DNA of 64,000 nucleotides from a virus: positions 58,092 to 122,091 of the IMG/VR virus record IMGVR_UViG_3300003690_003155; one strand, written 5' to 3'. How positions within the stretch are numbered: the first letter of the stretch is position 1; every line of letters begins with the position of its first letter. This document shows positions 58,599-64,000 of the stretch, piece after piece. The position numbers and the translations under genes are program-made. A model generated the notes under the pieces. It had not been told where the DNA came from. It ran no database searches and worked only from the letters and a program-made list of their open reading frames with translations.

Positions 58599-59912
58599 GT
58601 GGCCACTAGTACATGGACAAATGATTATTTAAATGCAGGGAGTCATTTATATTCTACATACCTTGCCAATTCAGTTGATACTTATCAAGAGTTAGCTGAT
58701 AGAATTACATATGGATTAGGATATCCTACTATTAATTTAGAATTACATGGTAACCAAATCTTTACTCATATAGCTCAATCGATAGAAATGTTTTCTAAGT
58801 TTGCTGGATATACTTTAGAGCATTTAGTTGTTGATAGTAAAAAATATACACTCGGTAAAGGGTTGGATCTCAGAGAATTATTTCTTATTACCAGTGAACT
58901 GTCTGGTACATACGCAAAAGATGTGTTTACCTCTTCTGGAGAAACTACTTTAATACCAACAACTTCAAGCGCAGCGGTAACTGGAAATGGTTTTCACCCT
59001 ATCTATATATTTGACTGTAGCACAATTCCAACTTATCCGTCTGAATATACGTTTGTAGTAACGTTAGACGCTGATCGAGTCCATGTGGTAAAGTCTCTTG
59101 TTACATGTACATCAGCTTCCGGCGGCACAGCTACTGTTAGTATAATTCAATACGGTGATGTATATACGACTGCATCATCGATAGTTTCTGCTGTAAGCTC
59201 AACCGTAGCCTCTAGTACTAATATTGTAAAGATTGGTGTTACAATAACTGGTAATGAATACACAACTGCAACAATTGCTGGTACACGAACTAGTACAGAA
59301 AATGATAGTACTACTATAGATGCTCTTACAGCAAGAGGTTGTAATATAGGATATTTTGACGGGCTTACTAGACAGGGTAGAAAGGTAATAGACGTTTTTA
59401 GTTATGATGAGTCGACAAGTAGCAGTCTAAACACATTATTTACAATTGAGCAAACTTTAGCGCAACAAACTTATTTTAGTTACGCAATGGGTAACTATGG
59501 GTTTGATTTAATTAGTTGGTATATATTAAAGCAGTGGTTAGAAACACGAGAGAAAATGCTCTCAACAAAACGTTATTTCAAATTTGATGATGCTAAGCAG
59601 CGCTTACTTATGACACCTGAGCCTAAAGAAGGTGAACAGTTCTATGGAGTGGTAAGCTGTTATGTTGAAAAGTCTATTAAGGATCTAATTAAAGAGCCGT
59701 GGGTGTATCAATATGCTGCTGCACTAACTAAAATTACATTAGGGAGGGTAAGAGGTAAATTTGGTAATGCTCAATTATTTGGTGGTACAGGATTAGATAC
59801 TTCTATTCTACAGGAAGGTCTAATAGAGAAGAAAGAATTAGAAGAAAGACTATATAGTGGTGCCACGGCTGGGTTTGGAGATTCTGACCCTCCTATGTTC
59901 TTTATAGGCTAA
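58599..59912 (+). CDS. gp13: Neck protein (gp13-like) with inserted domain
   Basis: LGYPTINLEL, WVYQYAAALTKITLG.VRGKF, EKKELEE, PPMFFIG. Confidence 0.82.
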   Translation: MATSTWTNDYLNAGSHLYSTYLANSVDTYQELADRITYGLGYPTINLELHGNQIFTHIAQSIEMFSKFAGYTLEHLVVDSKKYTLGKGLDLRELFLITSELSGTYAKDVFTSSGETTLIPTTSSAAVTGNGFHPIYIFDCSTIPTYPSEYTFVVTLDADRVHVVKSLVTCTSASGGTATVSIIQYGDVYTTASSIVSAVSSTVASSTNIVKIGVTITGNEYTTATIAGTRTSTENDSTTIDALTARGCNIGYFDGLTRQGRKVIDVFSYDESTSSSLNTLFTIEQTLAQQTYFSYAMGNYGFDLISWYILKQWLETREKMLSTKRYFKFDDAKQRLLMTPEPKEGEQFYGVVSCYVEKSIKDLIKEPWVYQYAAALTKITLGRVRGKFGNAQLFGGTGLDTSILQEGLIEKKELEERLYSGATAGFGDSDPPMFFIG

Positions 59913-60373
59913 TGGCAATATATAAAAGAGGCGATTTTAAAAAAGGTATATATAGGCCCGTCCATAGTCAAAAATTTTTAGGTAAGAAATATCCTCAATA
60001 TAGAAGTTCGTGGGAGTTACATTTTTTTAAGTGGTGTGACTGTAACCCAAATGTACTCGAATGGACAAGTGAGGGTGTAGTTGTACCTTATACCAGTCCT
60101 ATAGATTCTCGAACACATAAGTATTATGTCGACAATACTTTAGTGTTAAAAGAAAGGGATCAAAAGGTAAAATATTTAGTAGAAATAAAACCTTACAGTC
60201 AAACTCAACGTCCGGTGATGAGAGGGAGAAAAAAACAAAGTACATTATTACATGAACAAGCTACGTATGATATTAATCAAGCTAAGTGGAAATCGGCAAA
60301 ACAATGGGCTGATGATCATGATTATAAATTTTTAATTCTCACTGAAAGAGAATTATTTAACGGAAAAAGGTAA
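59912..60373 (+). CDS. gp4: Head completion nuclease (gp4-like)
   Basis: YRSSWE, CD.NPNVLEW.SE, PY.SPID, YYVD, VEIKP, NQAKW, ILTE. Confidence 0.9.
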   Translation: MAIYKRGDFKKGIYRPVHSQKFLGKKYPQYRSSWELHFFKWCDCNPNVLEWTSEGVVVPYTSPIDSRTHKYYVDNTLVLKERDQKVKYLVEIKPYSQTQRPVMRGRKKQSTLLHEQATYDINQAKWKSAKQWADDHDYKFLILTERELFNGKR

Positions 60374-60400
60374 TATAAACAATAAATATTTTATAGCGCG

Positions 60401-61063
60401 ATGGCTTATAAATTACTAGTAGAAAAAACTGACCCTTCAGAGTTCGAATATATTATAGAGGAGAAGAATAATAAGTCTGAATCTAGATTATATATTAAGG
60501 GGCCTTATATGATGGCCTCAGATGTTAATAAAAATAAACGTGTATATGATTTAGATAATATGGTTCAAGAAGTATCTCGGTACTCCAAAGAAATGATTAA
60601 CACAGATCGAGCTATGGGAGAGTTGAATCATCCTACTACTGCTGAAGTTGATCTAGAAAGAGCATGTCATATAGTTACCGAAATGAAGCAAGACGGTAAC
60701 ATTTTTTATGGTAAGAGTAAAGTATTACAAACACCGTGTGGTGTTATAGTTAAGCAGTTAGTGACTGATGGTGTGCGAGTTGGTATGTCGTCTAGAGCAT
60801 TAGGTAAAATTGATCAAGACACTGATAGTGAAATTGGTCATGTTACTGAAATGAAATTAGTTGCTATTGATTGTGTTGCTGATCCATCTTATTCAGAAGC
60901 ATTTGTTAATGGTATTTTAGAGTCAAAACAATGGATTTTAAACAACAATGGAGAATTTGAAGAGTATTTTGATAGGTTTGAAGAGAGTTTAAAGAATTTA
61001 CCTCGTAGAGATGTTGATGAATATTTTAGAAATAAGTTCATTGAACTCATACAAACCTTTTAA
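60401..61063 (+). CDS. gp21: Prohead protease (gp21)
   Basis: NKNKRVY, AMGELNHP, TPCG, GMSSRALG, DCVADPS, AFVNGILE. Confidence 0.95.
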   Translation: MAYKLLVEKTDPSEFEYIIEEKNNKSESRLYIKGPYMMASDVNKNKRVYDLDNMVQEVSRYSKEMINTDRAMGELNHPTTAEVDLERACHIVTEMKQDGNIFYGKSKVLQTPCGVIVKQLVTDGVRVGMSSRALGKIDQDTDSEIGHVTEMKLVAIDCVADPSYSEAFVNGILESKQWILNNNGEFEEYFDRFEESLKNLPRRDVDEYFRNKFIELIQTF

Positions 61064-61093
61064 AAAATGTTATATTTTAATTAAATAATTACG

Positions 61094-61237
61094 ATGGATC
61101 AAAAACAACAGATCAAATCATTTATCGGTCATATTGTCGATAAAAATTATGCCGCAGCTAATACAGATTTAAGATCGGTAGTTGAAGGTAAAATTAAACA
61201 AAAAATCGCTATAGCGGCAAAAAAACAATTATTTTAA
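61094..61237 (+). CDS. Small prohead core protein candidate (47 aa)
   Basis: Not in ORF track; MDQKQQIKSFIGHIVDKNYAAAN...KKQLF; TAAATA 6 nt upstream; between gp21 and gp22. Confidence 0.7.
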   Translation: MDQKQQIKSFIGHIVDKNYAAANTDLRSVVEGKIKQKIAIAAKKQLF

Positions 61238-61240
61238 ATT

Positions 61241-62125
61241 ATGAGCAAAATATCTGATTTATTAAAAGAAGTAGGTAAAGACGTCCTTACAAAAGAGAGT
61301 TTGGAGCAAATTGAAACTACCTTTAACGAGGCAGTCGATAAAAAGGTCAACGATCGTACTACAATAGCGACAGAGGCTGCTTTAACAACTCAAGATGAAG
61401 AACACTCTAAAAAGTTAGAAGAGCTCTTAGAAGCTATTGATAAAGATCATACAAACAAGCTTAATAAAGTTGTAGAGGCAGTTGATCTAGACCGTGCTCG
61501 TAAGTTAAAAAATGTTATTCATCGTTATCGTCAATCTATTACTGAAGAGGCGACTAATTTAAAAGATACTGTTGTTGGTTCTGTTTCTGATTATCTTGAC
61601 TCATATATTGAAGAGGCTATCCCAGCTAAGACAATTGAAGAAGCTACTTCAAATAAGAGAGCGTTTAGTTTGTTAAACGATCTTCGTAAGATGCTTTCAG
61701 TTGATATGGCATTATCTACTGAGACTATTAGAGAGGCTGTTAAAGACGGCAAAGAAACTATTATAGCATCTCAGAAACAGGTTGAAGAGCTAACAACTTC
61801 TCATAATACTATGGCTGAAGAATTAGAGAGTACTAAGAAAGATCTTTATTTTGAAAAGAAGCTTACTGGTTTAGATGAGAAGAAAACAAATTTCATAAGA
61901 AAGACTTTTAAAGATAGAGACCTAGCTTTTATTAAAGAGAATTTTGAATATACAGTTCAGCTTTTTGATAAGAAAGCTCAGGAATCACTTGATCTTTTAA
62001 AGGAAGAGGCATTAAAAGACAATAAGACTAAAGATGCCAAAGTGGAAACAATTGAGGAGGAGGTTAAAAAGCCTAACACTCCTGTTGAGTTTTATGCTCA
62101 AGAGTTAAAGAGCATGAGATTATAA
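61241..62125 (+). CDS. gp22: Prohead scaffold (gp22-like)
   Basis: Coiled-coil Glu/Lys-rich protein between gp21 and gp23; F.EAV, VSDYLD. Confidence 0.82.
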   Translation: MSKISDLLKEVGKDVLTKESLEQIETTFNEAVDKKVNDRTTIATEAALTTQDEEHSKKLEELLEAIDKDHTNKLNKVVEAVDLDRARKLKNVIHRYRQSITEEATNLKDTVVGSVSDYLDSYIEEAIPAKTIEEATSNKRAFSLLNDLRKMLSVDMALSTETIREAVKDGKETIIASQKQVEELTTSHNTMAEELESTKKDLYFEKKLTGLDEKKTNFIRKTFKDRDLAFIKENFEYTVQLFDKKAQESLDLLKEEALKDNKTKDAKVETIEEEVKKPNTPVEFYAQELKSMRL

Positions 62126-62211
62126 GTTTTTAGAATGTTGAGGTATATATTATTACCTGATTCTCCAATGCAACGGAAAAATTATTATTAAAAAGGAAAT
62201 TGATTAATATT

Positions 62212-63825
62212 ATGAACGAAACTAAAATACGTCCTAATACGGATTATATAGATAATAATAGAGCGGAGCGATTGTTGGAGAAGTGGAGTCCAGTTTTGGA
62301 CTATACCTCTGACAAAGTTTCACCTATTGAGAACCCGCATACGCGGGTGAACACCGCCATTCTTCTTGAGAACCAAGAACAATGGTGTATAAGGGAAGGT
62401 AACCAAGCAGGTGGCACTGCAACAAGTGCGTTTGGTACCGGAGTGGATAATATCGCGCAGGGTGGTAGCGGAAGCTACGGCTCTGGTGATACATATGCTC
62501 AGAACGATGCACGTTTGCCGAAGATTCTTATTCCGATGATTCGCCGTACATTCCCCGAGTTGATTACTAACGAGATCGTTGGTGTTCAGCCGATGAGTGG
62601 ACCGGTTGGTCTGGCGTTTGCTCTTCGCTACAAGTATTCTGACACTGGCATTGACGGTGTTGTGCATACTGTTGGTGAAAACGGTGTTGGTCAAGGCCAT
62701 CATGTTGAGGCTTCTTTGACCGCTGGTACGAAAGCTAAAGGTTCGTCCGGCGCACCTACTGGTGAGTTAGGTCACAACGTTGTCGAAACTGAGTATACCG
62801 GTATTTCTGGTACTTCCGGGGAAAATACGGTTGAAGGTGTGTCGAAAGACTTCGGTCCAGATGGTACTGATACATCTACGATATCGACATTATTTGCTGA
62901 TGAAGGTGTTGCTACAGACGGCGTCACCAGTGCTGGTTCAAGTGGCCGCTGGGTCACAGGTGGTTACTCCGATGAAGATACTGGTTTTGCTGCAGCTTTG
63001 GCAAGTTTTGAACTTGACAATGCTAAGAATGCTGGTACTGTTGAGTTGAGCTTCGAGAAGACAGCTGTTGAGGCTGGTACTCGCAGGCTGAACGCTCGCT
63101 GGTCAGTCGAGTTAGAGCAGGATCTTAAGAATATGAATGGTATTGATGTTGACGCTGAGTTGACAAATGCTATGTCATATGAGATTCAAGCTGAAATCGA
63201 TCGTGAGATGATCATTCGCATGGTCCAGGCTGCGTTGCAGGCTGGCGGCGGAGTTGGTTATTCGGTTTGGCAGTCTGCGAAGGCAGATGCTCGTTGGTTA
63301 GCTGAGAGAAATCGTGATTTCTATCAGAAGTTGATCGTCGAGGCTAACAGGATGGCTGTTCGCAATCGTCGGGGTTCTGCTAACTTTGTTGTTGCTACAC
63401 CTCGTGTCTGTGCTCTTCTTGAGATGCTCCCTGAGTTCTCTTGGATGACAGTTGACGGAAACGTTAACTCGCAACCGGTTGGTGTTGCTAAGGTTGGTAA
63501 CGTTGGTGGACGTTTTAACATCTACCGCGATACCCGCACCGAGGCGCAGAACTTAGGTACTGCGGATGAGTATTCGAAGATTGAGTATGCGTTACTTGGT
63601 TATAAAGGTCCTGAGTATTATGATACTGGTATCATTTACTGTCCTTATATCCCGGTGATGGTGCAGAGGTCTATTGATCCTAATTCCTTCTATCCGAAGG
63701 TCGGTATGTTAACACGTTACGGCGTTGTTGATCACCTCTTTGGTGCTTCAAACTACTACCATGTAGTGTTTGTGAAGGGACTTGGTCAAGATATAGCCAA
63801 TGCATCCACACATGTCTATTCGTAA
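62212..63825 (+). CDS. gp23: Major capsid protein (gp23)
   Basis: LLEKWSPVL, AILLENQ, IRRTFP, GVQPMSGPVGLAFALR, ELEQDLK, EIQAEIDRE, YCPYIP, TRYG. Confidence 0.97.
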   Translation: MNETKIRPNTDYIDNNRAERLLEKWSPVLDYTSDKVSPIENPHTRVNTAILLENQEQWCIREGNQAGGTATSAFGTGVDNIAQGGSGSYGSGDTYAQNDARLPKILIPMIRRTFPELITNEIVGVQPMSGPVGLAFALRYKYSDTGIDGVVHTVGENGVGQGHHVEASLTAGTKAKGSSGAPTGELGHNVVETEYTGISGTSGENTVEGVSKDFGPDGTDTSTISTLFADEGVATDGVTSAGSSGRWVTGGYSDEDTGFAAALASFELDNAKNAGTVELSFEKTAVEAGTRRLNARWSVELEQDLKNMNGIDVDAELTNAMSYEIQAEIDREMIIRMVQAALQAGGGVGYSVWQSAKADARWLAERNRDFYQKLIVEANRMAVRNRRGSANFVVATPRVCALLEMLPEFSWMTVDGNVNSQPVGVAKVGNVGGRFNIYRDTRTEAQNLGTADEYSKIEYALLGYKGPEYYDTGIIYCPYIPVMVQRSIDPNSFYPKVGMLTRYGVVDHLFGASNYYHVVFVKGLGQDIANASTHVYS

Positions 63826-63844
63826 TCTTTAACAGATTATATGC

Positions 63845-63874
63845 AAAGAGCGTCCGAAAGGGCGCTCTTTTTTT
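63845..63874 (+). terminator. Rho-independent terminator after gp23 (possibly bidirectional)
   Basis: AAAGAGCGTCC-GAAA-GGGCGCTCTTT stem-loop followed by T-run, between convergent gp23 and queF. Confidence 0.9.
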
Positions 63875-64000
63875 ATTGTCTAATGGTCTTAATCCACGGG
63901 ATAGTTTCATCCCACATCATATCATCAATTAGGTCTATTTTATTAGCTCTAACTGGATTAATATCCCATCCACCTCTCCTTGTATACAAACATGCAACCA
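63873..64000 (-). CDS. queF: PreQ0 reductase QueF, C-terminal fragment (gene enters from beyond the window)
   Basis: Manual translation: VACLYTRRGGWDINPVRANKIDLIDDMMWDETIPWIKTIRQ*, matching the YTRRGGLDINP...RQ C-terminus of E. coli-type QueF. Confidence 0.85.
   Translation of the reverse strand, partial: VACLYTRRGGWDINPVRANKIDLIDDMMWDETIPWIKTIRQ

Noticed and set aside
62126-62211. Possible preQ1 riboswitch
   Set aside because: Hairpin lacks the preQ1-I loop and tail consensus and lies before gp23; the que genes seen have no leaders
62320-63910. Alternative-frame and antisense ORFs over gp23
   Set aside because: Explained by the higher GC and codon bias of the capsid gene; the real minus-strand gene here is the queF tail in another frame
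1-64000. dpdA/tgt transglycosylase, primase, gp44, terminase, tRNAs
   Set aside because: No ORF or sequence with recognisable motifs in this window; they may lie elsewhere in the genome
1-64000. Stop-codon reassignment
   Set aside because: Core genes are full length in the standard code and TAA, TGA and TAG all end genes

Overview
64 kb of an AT-rich, large T4-like (myovirus-type) bacteriophage genome read in the standard code; no tRNA, CRISPR array, intron or intein was seen. 1-21.5 kb (minus strand) is the replication/recombination module (gp45, gp32, gp59-like, DHH, gp41, uvsX, gp43, gp46/47, gp55, uvsW, uvsY), interleaved with queC, GMP reductase, a class II glutamine amidotransferase and three glycosyltransferases. 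21.5-28 kb holds a 2OG-Fe(II) oxygenase, folE, two SGNH-like paralogs, queD, queE, a P-loop kinase and phoH. 28-51.5 kb is a very large glycan biosynthesis island (about 25 genes: nucleotide-sugar enzymes, GT2/4/10/25/32-like transferases, methyltransferases, sulfotransferase, radical SAM). 51.5-55.5 kb has DUF366, a repeat-containing intergenic region, gp62, a GroES-like protein and a DinG-like helicase. 55.5-63.8 kb is the head/neck module (gp15, gp20, gp13, gp4, gp21, gp22, gp23). The last 128 nt carry the C-terminus of QueF, missed by the ORF track, so a full GTP-to-preQ1 7-deazaguanine pathway is encoded, with no dpdA/tgt visible in the window. Best candidate for a new system: a further-decorated 7-deazaguanine DNA modification (QueC/Gat/GuaC/glycosyltransferases/kinase/DUF366 plus an atypical polymerase motif B). 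Many transcription units look leaderless, with TTGATT-N16-TATAAT or TAAATA a few nt before the start codon. All calls come from motif recognition by eye; no database search was run.
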